A stretch of DNA of 64,000 bases from Eledone cirrhosa (taxonomy: Eukaryota), in assembly GCA_964016885.1 (NCBI GenBank), contig OZ024743.1:93992001-94056000 (forward strand), read 5' to 3'. Below the pieces are notes generated by a model. The model did not search any database, was not told the DNA's origin, and was given only the letters and a program-made list of their open reading frames with translations. The translations under genes were made by a program, and so were the position numbers. This document shows positions 27,363-39,401 of this stretch, in pieces. Position 1 is the first letter of the stretch, and each line of letters starts with the position of its first letter.

Positions 27363-27586
27363 AGTCTCTCTTGAATTTCTGTGTATATTCTCAAATACAA
27401 TTTTATTTGACGTATCATATGCATGTATATTTACATATAATATCAATATGCACGCTACACATGCTACCAGAAAACCAGCCAAAGGGTGGTTTTTGATAGA
27501 ACTCTTCCCCAGAAGAAGAAGGAGGACAAGGAGGATGAGGAGGAAGAGTAGAAGAAGACTACATAAGGAACATGATAGTTTACTAC

Positions 27587-28366
27587 CTGATAAGATGACA
27601 AACAATGTTTAGATTTCATATTCCTGAATGCTATATCCACGGCATCAAATATTTCATCTCGTTTAGAACTCATTTTCAAATTCTTTGGTAAAACTGATTC
27701 CAACCGTTCAGGTTTGATTAACCATTGTAGATCGTCCTGTATGGTTTCTAAATGTCCAATTACATCATAGTTTATTTGACAAGGAGCACACTGCTGATAC
27801 ATTGGTGTAAAGTGTGGATTCATATGAGTCCTATTTTCTATAGAATCGATGACATAAGAAATGAATTCAGTGAAAGTGACATCATGACCGCATCTTAAAC
27901 TATCTTCTGAAGGATTCTTTCTGAATTTTTTAATAATATAACGTCCATAATTTGATAGAAAAATTGACTGTGGTGTAAATAGTTTATCAATATAGCCAGA
28001 AAACAATCTCTTGTAAGGATCTCGTACAAATAAGAATGTCTTGTAATTTATTTTAACTAAAGATTTAGAAGGTTCTTGAAGGTCTGAAAGTCGGGCAATT
28101 TTTAAGTGATGTACCTGATTTGGTCTGATATCAAATGGAGATTTAAATTTTCCGTTACTGTCTATGATGATTAGCAAGCGTTGTAAGAATGTACAACCAA
28201 CTTTGGCTATACTGCAATATAGAAGTTCACTTTCAATGTTTATTTGCATTGATCTGATTGTTTTATCATAATTAGATGTTAATGAGGAGTTATTACATGC
28301 TTCTCTCAGTATCTTCTTCCTCTCTTCATGTTTCTCATAGTATTTGAATTCATGTGGTTTGGTGAC
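27587..28366 (-). CDS. Main catalytic exon of the carbohydrate sulfotransferase
   Basis: Acceptor ttttaag|GTC and donor CAG|gtagta; 780 nt open. Contains RKKILREAC, 5'-PSB-like YCSIAKVGCT, 3'-PB-like FVRDPYKRLFSGYIDK, HFTPMYQQCAPCQINYDVIGHLET. Confidence 0.93.
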
Positions 28367-28577
28367 CTTAAAATTGAAAATACAATATCAGTGACGATGT
28401 TTCAAAGAAGCATAACCACTCATTAATGTTTTTATTGCTGAATTCATTTAATCTATATTTGCAGTAGCTTACAAACATAAACTCTGATATTCTTTATCAT
28501 GCCTACCAATTTTATGTTGATACTGAATAATATCAAACAAGAAAATGTCATAGATTTTATGATGGAACAAAGGTTAT

Positions 28578-29172
28578 ATTATTCTAAAGGCTGACAAGGC
28601 GGTGGATTGGCAGTATTGGTAGAGCATTGGACAATATACTTTATAGCATAGAGTTATGTATGTTTACATTTTGAGTTCAAATCCCACTGAGGTTAGTTTT
28701 GCCTTTCATCTTTATGGGGTCAATAAAAAAAAGTACCAGTAATGCACCGGGATCAATTTAATCAACTTTCCCTTCCCCCAAAATTATTGACCTAAATCAG
28801 AAACCATTATTCTAAAGGCTGACAAGGCGGTGGATTGGCAGTATTGGTAGAGCATTGGACAATATACTTTATAGCATAGAGTTATGTATGTTTACATTTT
28901 GAGTTCAAATCCCACTGAGGTTAGTTTTGCCTTTCATCTTTATGGGGTCAATAAAAAAAAGTACCAGTAATGGGCGGTGGATTGGCAGTATCGGTAGAGG
29001 GTCGGACGCCATGCTTTCCAGCATAGTTACGTCCCTTTACCATCTGAGTTCAAATCCCGCCGAGGTTGACTTTGCCTTTCATCCTTACGGGGTCGATAAA
29101 ATAAAGTACCAGTAATGCACTGGTAATTGCTGGCCTTGTGCCTAAAGTAGAAACAATTATTCTAAAGGCTGA
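28578..29172 (+). mobile_element. Tandem cluster of three tRNA SINE copies
   Basis: Copies start near 28597, 28826 and 28972; flank ATTATTCTAAAGGCTGA recurs three times. Confidence 0.85.
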
Positions 29173-29599
29173 TTAAGGTAAAGTCCACAGACCTAGCAGG
29201 GACTAAGTGCTCCTCAGTGACTAGAAGCCCTGCAATGAATAGGGACCCTGCAAGGGCTGGGTGCCTCACAGGGACTTGGTGGCCTGTCAATTTTTAAAAT
29301 TTTTTATTGTAATAGGATGAAATAATAAAAGTGCCTGAGGGGGATCCTGTAATACTTGAAAGCCTAGGGATCTTGCAATGGGTTAATATGGTCCAAACTG
29401 TAATATAATGTCAGAAAATATCAGTCATCTAGTGACCCCGCCCCAATTCATATTGTTTCCTCAGAATGTTTTTAGTAATCCCTATTTTTTAATGAAATTT
29501 TGCAGAGATATATATTTTTGAAGGTGTATATTATTATACTGATGAAATTTTAAAAGAAAATTAGAAAAACCTTTTTTTTTTTCAATTATCTATTATGTA

Positions 29600-29830
29600 T
29601 TAGTTGGCTTAGTGGTTAGAGAATGGGATTCATAATCGTGAAGTTGTAAGTTTGATTCCTAGACCAGGCAATGCATATTTCTTTGAGCATGACACATGCC
29701 AGGAGTTGTGACTGATAGATATTATTAGCAATGGAAAGACCAATGGAACCAGTGTTTCCTTAGTTCAATTTGACAAGTTCCACCCCAACTTGGTTAGTGA
29801 GGTCTGGGATCTTGTCGATCGATTCAATTC
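29600..29830 (+). mobile_element. Second tRNA-headed SINE family (inverted related copy at ~55270-55475)
   Basis: TGGCTTAGTGGTTAG...GTTTGATTCC head; shared body GCAATGGAAAGACCAATGGAA. Confidence 0.6.
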
Positions 29831-29849
29831 AATTAGTTTGTTATCCCCA

Positions 29850-30040
29850 AAAGCATCCAGCCCACACTGTAAATGTGGTTGATGTTAGGAAGGGCATCCA
29901 GCTGTAGAAACCAAGCCGAAATCAGTTCTGTATGAGCAAGACACGGTCATCTAACCTGGCATATCTCACAATAGGACCCATCTAACCCATGCTAGCATGG
30001 AAAATAGATGATAAATGGTGATGATGATGATGATGATGAG
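29850..30040 (+). mobile_element. RTE 3'-UTR fragment with (GAT)n tail
   Basis: GTTAGGAAGGGCATCCAGCTGTAGAAA...AACCCATGCTAGCATGG, matching the full RTE 3' ends. Confidence 0.75.
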
Positions 30041-30090
30041 CCCTAATGATTAGGTGTATATTAGACAATATTATAAGTGAATCTACTCAC

Positions 30091-30122
30091 TTCTAGTTTA
30101 GTCCTCTTGTTAACAACAGTGC
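30091..30122 (-). CDS. Probable 32-nt micro-exon of the sulfotransferase stem region (xTVVNKRTKLE)
   Basis: ttctttctctattacag| acceptor and |gtgagt donor; ends in phase 0, matching the next exon. The upstream TM-encoding exon was not identified. Confidence 0.55.
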
Positions 30123-30714
30123 CTGTAATAGAGAAAGAACAGAAGATTGATTCTAAATTAATATTTGTTTTATTTATTACTTAGTCAGATAAGGGATCCC
30201 TTTTGATGCAATGTTGCACCAACTGATATTCTTTCTGGCTCCTACTCTTTTAGTCACCTTCTACAATATGCAGAGATATGGTGGACCTATTCTACACCAG
30301 ATACACATGGTACTTGCAGAGAATGGTGATGGGAATAGAGCCAAGAAAATGGAATGAGATGGCTAAGTCATGTGTTGAGGAAGGATAAAAGTGACTCAGT
30401 GAGAGGAATAGAGCCAATGATGAATGTTTTAAAGAGAAACAGAATGAGATTGTTGGGTCATGTGCTGAAGAAGGATGAACAGGACTAGGTGACAAGAGTG
30501 AGGGGGAGGAGGTAGAGGAAGAAGAAGACCAAGGTTGACATGGCTAAAGATGATGAAGGAGGAAATGAAAGCCAGGAGTTTGGCGAAGGGAGATGTAGAT
30601 GATAGGGCAATGTGGAGAAACTTGCCATGGAGCCCACACGGCTAACCTTTGCTTTAACAGGGAAAATAGCTTTAAAACATCTTATTGTTGTTATTGTTGT
30701 TGTTATTTAGTCAG

Positions 30715-30905
30715 AGGCGGTGGATTGGCAGTATCAGTAGAGCGTCAGACACCATGCTTTGCAGCGTATAGTTGCATCTCTTTATGTTCTGAGTTCAAAT
30801 TCTGTCGAGGTTAACTTTACCTTTCATCCTTAAGGGGTCGATAAAGTAAAGTACCAGTAATGTACTAGGGTCGATTTAATCACCTTTCCTCTCCCTCAAA
30901 ATTGT
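30715..30905 (+). mobile_element. tRNA-derived SINE
   Basis: Same head and core as 26834. Confidence 0.8.
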
Positions 30906-30920
30906 TTGGTGATGATGATG

Positions 30921-30952
<32 letters not shown>

Positions 30953-31409
30953 AAAACTGATCCTTTTTTTTTTTTTTTTTTTTCTCCTTTCAATCTTTTG
31001 TGTTTTTTTTTTCCATTTTCCACTAATAGTTTGGAAAATCATAACTTTAGATTCTTTACTTAATATTTCTAGAGATTTATTGCTAATTTAATATTATTTT
31101 TGTCACCATAAAATGGTAATGGTATCTTACATAAATCTAAAGATAGTTATCTAAAGCTCTACATAGGTGGAAGACAAATAAATGAAGACAATCAACTTTA
31201 AAGAGATGAAATTGCAACAGCTGGCAACATTGTTTTGTTTGATCTTCAATTCTTATCCTTTTCCTTACTTTATTCCCCACGAAAGAGTCTCCCTATCCTT
31301 TTCAATTCATACTGAAAATAATGAAGAAGAAATGGGAGGGAGTAAAAAAAGAGATAGGTGGATAGATAGATAGGTAGAGAGAGAGGTAGGTAGGTAGATA
31401 TATATATAT

Positions 31410-31474
<65 letters not shown>

Positions 31475-32919
31475 GGTAGGTAGGTATATATATACAGAGA
31501 GAGAGAGATATTCAGTATTTGATTTGTGCTTTATTAATCACATGTAAGTTAAAGGTGGAATATATACATACTGATCCAAGTAGCAGATAAATAGAGAGAT
31601 AGAGAGAGATAGAGAGACAAATGAATGATGAAGAACGTGTGCAAACACATACATACACACACATATATATATATACACACAGATATGCAAACACACACAC
31701 ACATATATCATGCATACACACTCATATATATATATGTGTCTGTATGTGCGTGTGTGTATAAATTTGTCATCTGATCATTGACACTGATTACACATACGTC
31801 CATGCCCTCTTACTGTTTTTCATTCCTTAACTGCTGCCAAACAAAGGATTAGGAAGATGCTTAGGTCATGTCAAGGGCATGTCAGCCTCCCTAGTATTGG
31901 TGATCTACACGATAAACATACCCAGTACATACTGTAAAGTGGTTGGTGATAGGAAGGGCATCCAGCCATAGAAAGCTTGGCAAACAAAGGGTTGGGTGTA
32001 CACTTAAGTTGTGTCAAAGACATAACAACCACCTCTGTGTGTTCAGTAGAACTTAAGACAATATATAAGTGAGATGTAGACCCCAGCCTGTGTGTGTGTG
32101 TGGGGGGGGGGAGGTCTGTAGCCCCGCTTCAATACTGACTTGGTCTATGTAGATTTGTCCAAACATTGTTAACAGGGAAAACAGACATTGAACAACGATA
32201 ATGATGACAAGGATGATGATGATGATGATCATCATCATCATCATTTCTTCAATTAACTTTTCGTAAATCATATTTATTATATAAATTTTGTTAATATGAA
32301 CAAGATATATTTTATAAATAAATTAATTTTGGTAACCCTTGGTTTTACGATCACAAACAACTTTCAGTAGTTTCCGCAAGTGAAAATAGGTATTTAAAAA
32401 ACATCTTAACAACATAATCATTATTTACACCTTCAAAAATGTCTCTCTGCAAAACATATATTAAGAAAGTTATGAAGAGACAATCTATTTTTTCATATTA
32501 TATCCATCCATATCTGTCTGTCCATCTCTGTGTCGCAATCTATAACTGTCTACCTCAGTTTTTGTATATATACCTAATTATTTACCTTTCTCTACCTCTT
32601 TCTCCCCCCCTCTCTTTATAGATAGATTCTCAAAAAGGGAAAGGTGGGGTGAAAACTGAAAAAAAATAGCCATACTCCCGAGGAAGAGGAATCTCAAAAG
32701 GGGAGGTGTTGTACACAAAAAATCCTGAATACCCTGCATAACTAAAAGTGGACTATGTGAAAAGCCTATAAATAAGAACTGAAGTGAATGGTCAGGTAGA
32801 CTGTGTGTATGGAGTCTCGTTGTCTGCCATTAGTAGTTTGGAATTACACCGGGTGAATACCTTGGTTTTACCCTAGTTTCGTACAGATATACAAAACAGG
32901 TGACATACGCCGTCTTCGT

Positions 32920-33175
32920 TGTCGCCGGCAATTCCACACTATCTTCCACACTAGCATGGGTTAGACGAGTTCCAATTAGAGGCAAGTTGGGTTGGGTGAT
33001 CGTGTCTCGCTCATATAGGAGAGTTTCTGGCTGGTTTTCTACAGCTGGATGCCCTTCCTAACGCCAACCACATTTACAATGTGTGTTGGGTACTTTTCGT
33101 CGTGACACCTACACGATCACTTTACAGTGTGGGCTGGATGTTCTTTACAGTGTGGACTGGGCATCTTTGTTGTGT
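32920..33175 (-). mobile_element. RTE 3'-UTR fragment
   Basis: CTAGCATGGGTTAGACG...CAGCTGGATGCCCTTCCTAAC. Confidence 0.7.
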
Positions 33176-33398
33176 TGCCGACACAACACAGTGGAAACTA
33201 GGGAGGGTGGAGGGGCTTGGGGTAAAAAGATCTGGACAGGATAGTAGGGGAGGTATGGTCACCTCCCTTACTAGAACCGGTCATTCCGTTTAGTTAACCA
33301 TGAAGTAATAGTAGGAAAAGTGCTCTACGTTATGCAACTCATTCATCATTGATGTTGAATCCCATGGCTGGTGCAGAAAAACAAAATATTATTACACT

Positions 33399-33614
33399 TT
33401 AAACCTTTATCATTTATATTACTTTATATATACTATTGTATTTTCACAGTAAAGGTTTTATCTCACATAAAATCAAAGCTACAAGATTTTTATGTTATTT
33501 ATTTTGAGAACAATACCTTAACATTAGTATGAGTGGTTGGTTACAGCTGGTTTGAACAGAAAGAGGTGAGAGAATTCTGGCCAGATATGGCCGGTTTAAA
33601 TGCCAAAGGGTTAA
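33399..33614. mobile_element. ~215-bp MITE with TTAA ends (piggyBac-type)
   Basis: TTAA(A)CCTTT...AAAGGGTTAA; homologous copies at 54669-54884 and a partial inverted copy at ~59559-59630. Confidence 0.75.
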
Positions 33615-33616
33615 TA

Positions 33617-33687
33617 CCTGCCTGATGAGAACATATCAAATGATTATTACACAACCACTTTGATGTTTTTGAAATGTGCATAACAGG
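33617..33687 (+). ncRNA. Minimal type I hammerhead-like motif
   Basis: CCTG-C-CTGATGA, stem II GAAC(AT)ATCAAA/TTTGATGTTT, GAAA-TGTGC-ATA, A-CAGG. Confidence 0.6.
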
Positions 33688-34219
33688 ATGATGTAATAAA
33701 CAGAAGATCTATAGATGATACCATCTCTCTTCATTTTTATAATATATATTTGTGTTGGTGTATATATGCATGTATGTATGTATTAAATTTTGCTAATCTA
33801 TCTTTGGCGGAACATTATTTTAAGTGGTAGCATTCCTGTGACAATTATTTTTCTTTAGACATTAAAAAAATATTATACATTTAAAAAAAAAAAAGTACAT
33901 TACTAGAAATCCCATACGTTATATAATAAATACGATGGGTTGGGGGTCTCAATATGTAAACTAAACTACTAATTCTGTTTTTTTTTTAAATCAACAAAGA
34001 CAACTTAGCAAAATTACTGTTTTTCCATACCCCAACCCCCTACTCTCACTATTATTCAGGACCCGAGAGTATTTGCTGAGGCCTATCATAGCTGATAGTG
34101 AAAGTGATAAGTGAAAGATTTTTTTTTAAATTTTAAGTAAATCAATAACAATGATGTATATTTCTTTATTCAAACTATAAACAGAAAACTATATTATTGT
34201 CATTATTATTGGCAATACC

Positions 34220-34550
34220 AATGACCCTTGCCATTCTGAGTTCAAATCCCGCCATGGTTAACTTTGCCTTTCATCCTTACGGGGTTGATAAAATAAAGTA
34301 CCAATAATGTACTGGATAATTGCTGGCCTTGTGCCAAAAGTAGAAACAATTATTATTGGCAATACCGGTAGAAGGCCGGACACCATGATTTGCAACATAG
34401 AGTTATGACCTTTTACGTTCTAAGTGCAAATCCTGCCGAGGTTAGCTTTCCCTTTCATCCTTATGGGGTTGATAAAATAAAAATAAAATACCAGTAATGC
34501 ACTGGGTCGATTTAAGTGACTTTCCCCTCTCCCCAAATTACTGGCCTTGA
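34220..34550 (+). mobile_element. Two adjacent tRNA SINE copies (the first is 5'-truncated)
   Basis: B-box and conserved core are each present twice. Confidence 0.8.
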
Positions 34551-34857
34551 GATGAAAAGGAGGGGAAGAACAAGGACTACGAAACAAAGAAAGAAAGGGG
34601 GAAGGGGAGAGGGTGACAGACTCTACACCTAGGCCAGAGCTGCATACAAAATGACAAAGGCATTTCTGTGAACAATGGCCAGAGAAATCTTTGTATACTT
34701 TCTATTACTTCAATATTTCAGTTGTTTTAAATCATATTAAATTGGTGTCAGATATTTCAAATAAAATACAATATAATGTGTTTGTAATTATTTTTCTATT
34801 CTAGTTAGTTTCAATAAAGAAATATATAGATATATATATACATATATATCTATATAA

Positions 34858-35237
34858 GTATAATTTAATATAAAAGAGAGATAAACACAGATATATACAT
34901 ATATGACAGATATATACATATATGACTAGATTCGCTAAGGTGAAAAAGATACTAACTAAGGACAATAGGGTTTGCCAGACTCAATTTAAGAATAAATCAA
35001 GAAAATGGTAATTCTCTTCACAATTGGATTGCGAAACAGCATCACCAAACGTATCTGGTAGTTACCACAATTCCGGTTTGTATTTATTTTCTTGATTCAT
35101 TCTTAAATTGAGTCTGGAAAACCCTATTGTCCATAGTTAGTATCTTTTTCACCCTAGCGAATCTGGTCCCTTACAATTTAAACACACATATGTATATATC
35201 TGTGTTTATCTCTCTTTTATATTCAATTATAATATAC
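34858..35237. repeat. Foldback/inverted repeat (~130-150 bp arms)
   Basis: GATTCGCTAAGGTGAAAAAGATACTAACTA...CCAGACTCAATTTAAGAAT and its reverse complement at 35090-35168; outer arms AAAAGAGAGATAAACACAGATATATACATA. Confidence 0.9.
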
Positions 35238-35422
35238 AGCTCAGAAAAATCTCTTTCCTAGAGCTATTTAATTGTAAGAGACTATTTTGAGTTTCTAACT
35301 CAATATATACCTTTGATATATATATATAAATAAAATACAATATAATGTGTTTGTAATTATTTTTCTCTTTTAGTTAGTTTCAATAAAGAAATATATAAAT
35401 ATATATACATATATTTATATAT

Positions 35423-37567
35423 ATCATCATCATCATCACCGTTTTACGTCCGTTCTTCCATGCTAGCATAGGTTTGACGGGTTGTCCTGTTGTGGGCAGT
35501 GCCCAGTCGGCTGACCATGCCTTGCTCATATGGGAACTGATTCTGGCTTGATTTCTACAGCTGGATGCCCTTCCTAACACCAACCTCATTTACAGTGAGT
35601 GCTGGGTACTTTTTTCTGTGGTGCCTACACGTCCACTTTATAGTGTGGGCTGCGTGCTTTTTTACCGTGGCACCTCCACAACCACTTTGCAGTGGGAGGG
35701 GTGGGGGCATATTGTCTATATGCTTCAGTCGGGTCTTCTGTATTACTGCGTGATGCCAGAGGTCACGGTCGTGTGTCATTGCCTTTGAGAGGTGTAATTG
35801 GGTAAGGTCAGCTTTTATCACCTCATCCCAGGTCTTTTTGGGTCTCCCCCACTCCGCAGTTTCCATCGACTTCTAGTGCTCTGCACCTTTTTATGCAGCT
35901 GTCATCCTTCATACGCATCAAATGTCCATACCAGCGCAACCGCCTCTCCTGCACACAACATTTGATTCCTCTTATGCTCAGTCTCTTTCTCAATTCATTT
36001 ATGCTTTGCTGTTCACATATATTACTATTACACATCCATCGGAGCATGCAGGCTTCGTTTCTTTCTAATCTACGCAAGTCTTCTACAGACAGCGCCCAGG
36101 TGTCACTACCATGTAACATTGCTGTTCGTATACACGAATCATACAGTCTTTCTTTCATTTTGAGCGAAAAGCCTTTTGCAGCTAGCAGTGGCTGTAGCTC
36201 CCTGAACTTCTATCCCGTTCTTACCCTAGTTATTGTACTTTCCGAACACCCACCTCCGCTGCTAATTCGGGCACCTAGGTAGCAGAAGCTGTCTACTGTT
36301 CCTACAGAGCCCTCCCAGAGTTTGGTGGTACTTGTTTCCTGTGGCTGTTTGCTGCTTGCTGTCCCAGCACAGCTGCTGCATGTGAAGCCTACATTCTTAG
36401 TTAAGCTTCCTGAGATCCCACTACATCTCTTGTGTACCCTTTGTTTGCATTTGGGGCAGAGAATGGAGTTCCTACCTACACCTTTCCTACATACTGAGCA
36501 AGGCCATTTCCATTAGGGGATCTGGGTTCTGTTTTCTCGTCTACTTACAAGGACCTTAGTCTCTGTCAGGTTGACTTTGAGACCCTTTCTTTCTAGTCCC
36601 TGCTTCCAAGTTTGGAATTTCTTCTCTAGTTCTACCATAGATTCAGCTATAAGTGTGAGGTCATCTGCATACAGGAGTTCCCAGGTCTTAAACTCCTCCG
36701 TTATTGCCTACAGAACTATGACGAACAGGAGAGGGCTAAGAACAGAGCCCTGCTGGACACCGACCTGTACGCTAAATTCCTCGCTATAGTCATTGCTAAT
36801 CCTAACTTTGCTGACTGCTCCCCTATACATGGCTTGCACAGCTTTCACAAGCCATTCATCTACTCCTAGTTTTCTAAGAGCCCACCAGATTATAGCACGG
36901 GGGACTCTGTCAAAGACTTTCTCGAGATTGACGAATGCCAGGTAGAGCAGCTTACTTTTAGCTAGGTACTTTTCCTGTAGCTGCCTCACAAGGAAGAGGG
37001 CGTCAGTGGTGCCTCTTCCTGGCAAAAACCCAATTTGCATCTCATCTAGTTTCACCCGGTCCCTAATCAACTGTGCTATAACTCTTTCCGTTACTTTCAT
37101 GACCTGGTCCATCAGCTTTATACCTCTATAGTTTCCTCTATCTAGTGCATCACCTTTACCTTTGTAGCAGTTGACAATGATGCTACTGCATCAATCCTTT
37201 GGTATGACACCTTCTAGTATTACCTGGTTAACTTTACGTGTGGTTATGGTGTGACCTACCGACCCAGATGCCTTCAGCATCTCGGCAGCTATACCCGATG
37301 GACCGGTTGACTTCTCCGTCTTCATATCTTTGACTTGTACTGCTGGCCCCTCTATAGGGTCTACTTGGGGTAGGGTCTCTTCTTGCCATGCATTCTCCTC
37401 ATTTAGTAATCTATCATAATGGCTCTTCCACGTATCTTTCTTCTCAGCACTTGCGAGGGCAAGCTCACCTTTATCATTCCGGATACACTTCTCTCCAATA
37501 TCACAATTCTCTCTGACACACTGCCCCGCAATCTTGAACACCTCCTGTTTCTGGTCCTCACGTTGCA
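35423..37567 (-). mobile_element. RTE-clade LINE, 5'-truncated, degenerate RT
   Basis: AFVNLEKVFDRVPR, GVQQGSVLSPLLF, YADD region, LRWYGH..RM, RPKKTW; (GAT)n tail. Confidence 0.95.
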
Positions 37568-37588
37568 AAAATATATATATATATATAA

Positions 37589-37651
<63 letters not shown>

Positions 37652-37677
37652 TGTAATAAACAACATAAGATAATTAT

Positions 37678-37738
37678 TTCATTTACGAGTGGTTTCTTGA
37701 AGGCAGATGTTATATCTGTCTTCAGTCGTCAGAATGAA
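37678..37738 (-). ncRNA. Minimal type I hammerhead ribozyme motif at a Penelope-like 3' end
   Basis: TTCATT-CTGACGA-C-TGAAGACAGAT(ATAAC)ATCTGCCTTCA-A-GAAA-C-CACTC-GTA-AATGAA: intact core and 6-bp stem I. Confidence 0.75.
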
Positions 37739-38113
37739 TAAATAACATGGTGTTTTTATTAAATATGGATTTGAAAACAAAATTTAGGAAATATGAAAGT
37801 GAGGCTGAAAAAACGGGCAAAAAGGAATTAGGGGAAAAGATATATAAATAAATATCCAGAACATAAACATACACACACTCAACTACGCGCTTATACGTAA
37901 TAGTATGTAGACGTATACTTTCTCACATAAGCATATTTGCGTCTACATGGAAATACGAACAGACACATAAATACATACACACACATATACACAAATATAT
38001 ATGCACTCATATAAGTACACACAAACAAACAAACACATATACACATACATATCCATACACACATATATACATGCATACACACACACACACACATATATAT
38101 ATACACATATATA

Positions 38114-39040
38114 CAGGGTGTGGACGATATTTGTTCGCAATTTTCAACTGCTAATTTTATGCAAATTTTTTTTACTTCCATTGTCACTCTTGTCTTCATA
38201 AAAACAGTGACTATATTCCCATTATTTATTTTCAGAATAATTGATTATGAATAATTTTGAACCTCCAAATTTGTGGAAGAGACACGGAGTTCTTCTCGGA
38301 ATCCGTGCCGGAAGGACAAATAAGGAAATGGTCAGAAAGGAATTGGAAGATTCAGGATTCAACTACGAAGCAACATCAGAGAGGAAAACACATGGTCGAC
38401 GATCTGACGCCTTCAGAACGCCCGAGTTCGTCGCTGAAGTTCAGGATATCATCAACAATCAACCTAGCAAGTCGATGCGTGCCATTGCAAGAGAGAAAGG
38501 CATGAATGAAAAGTTCATTAGGCTGGTGGTACATGAAGACATTCGCTACGTTTCATACAAGATGAGGAAAGGACAATTTCTGTCAAAGGCGACGCAAGAA
38601 AAGCAACTGAAGCACGCAAAGAAGCTGATCAACAAGTTGAAACACCCATTGGAGCCAGACATGCTGTGGTTTTTCTCCGACGAGAAAAACTTCTGCCAAG
38701 AACAGAAGATCAACTTCCAGAGCAACAGGTGGCTCGCTGTCTCATCCAAAGACGTGCCCAGAGTCATGCAGACAAAGTTTCCAGCGACAACATTGGTCTT
38801 AGGTGTCGTCAGCAGTCAAGGTGATGTCATGCCACCTCACTTCTTCCCCGAGGGCCTCAACCTGAACACCGATGACTACATCCGCGTTCTGAGCGAGATA
38901 GTAAAGCCCTGGATCGACCAGGTAGCTGCAGGTAGGCTGTACGTGTGGCAGCAAGACTCAGCGCCCTGCCATACCAGCCGAAAGACCCAAGCCTGGCTGT
39001 CAGAGAACTTCGTCGACCACACTTCACCTGACATCTGGCA
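38114..39040 (+). mobile_element. Tc1/mariner transposon (maT/DD37D-like), 3'-truncated transposase
   Basis: TA|CAGGGTG left TIR; WFFSDEKNF and WQQDSAPCH motifs; the ORF breaks before the third catalytic residue. Confidence 0.9.
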
Positions 39041-39067
39041 ATTATATCGGAGCAACACAGATATAAT

Positions 39068-39401
39068 ATCAATAGGCGAATCAACTGAATTTTTTGAGTT
39101 GAAATACATATGGATATGTGTCTGTGTGTATCGGACACACGTATACATAAAGAAGCTGCTGACCTAAATGTACCTGTCATGCCTGTCTGAATTCCTAAGG
39201 GAATTTTCGGCCAGTTACTGTCTTGACCGATTGTAGAATCAGTGGGTGAATCAATTGAGTTTTTTGAGTTGAAATACATATAAATGTGTGTCTGTGTGTG
39301 TCGGACACACGTACACATAAAGAAGCTGCTGACCTAAATGTGCCTGTCATGCCTGTCTGAATTCCTAAAGAATTTTCGGTCAGTTGCTGACTTGACCGAT
39401 T
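39068..39401. repeat. Tandem duplication, ~170-bp unit x2
   Basis: TTTTTGAGTTGAAATACATA...GCCTGTCTGAATTCCTAA...TTGACCGATT occurs twice. Confidence 0.9.

Noticed and set aside
38241-39167. Intact or domesticated 308-aa transposase
   Set aside because: The last ~40 aa come from unrelated duplicated sequence; the third catalytic residue and right TIR are absent.
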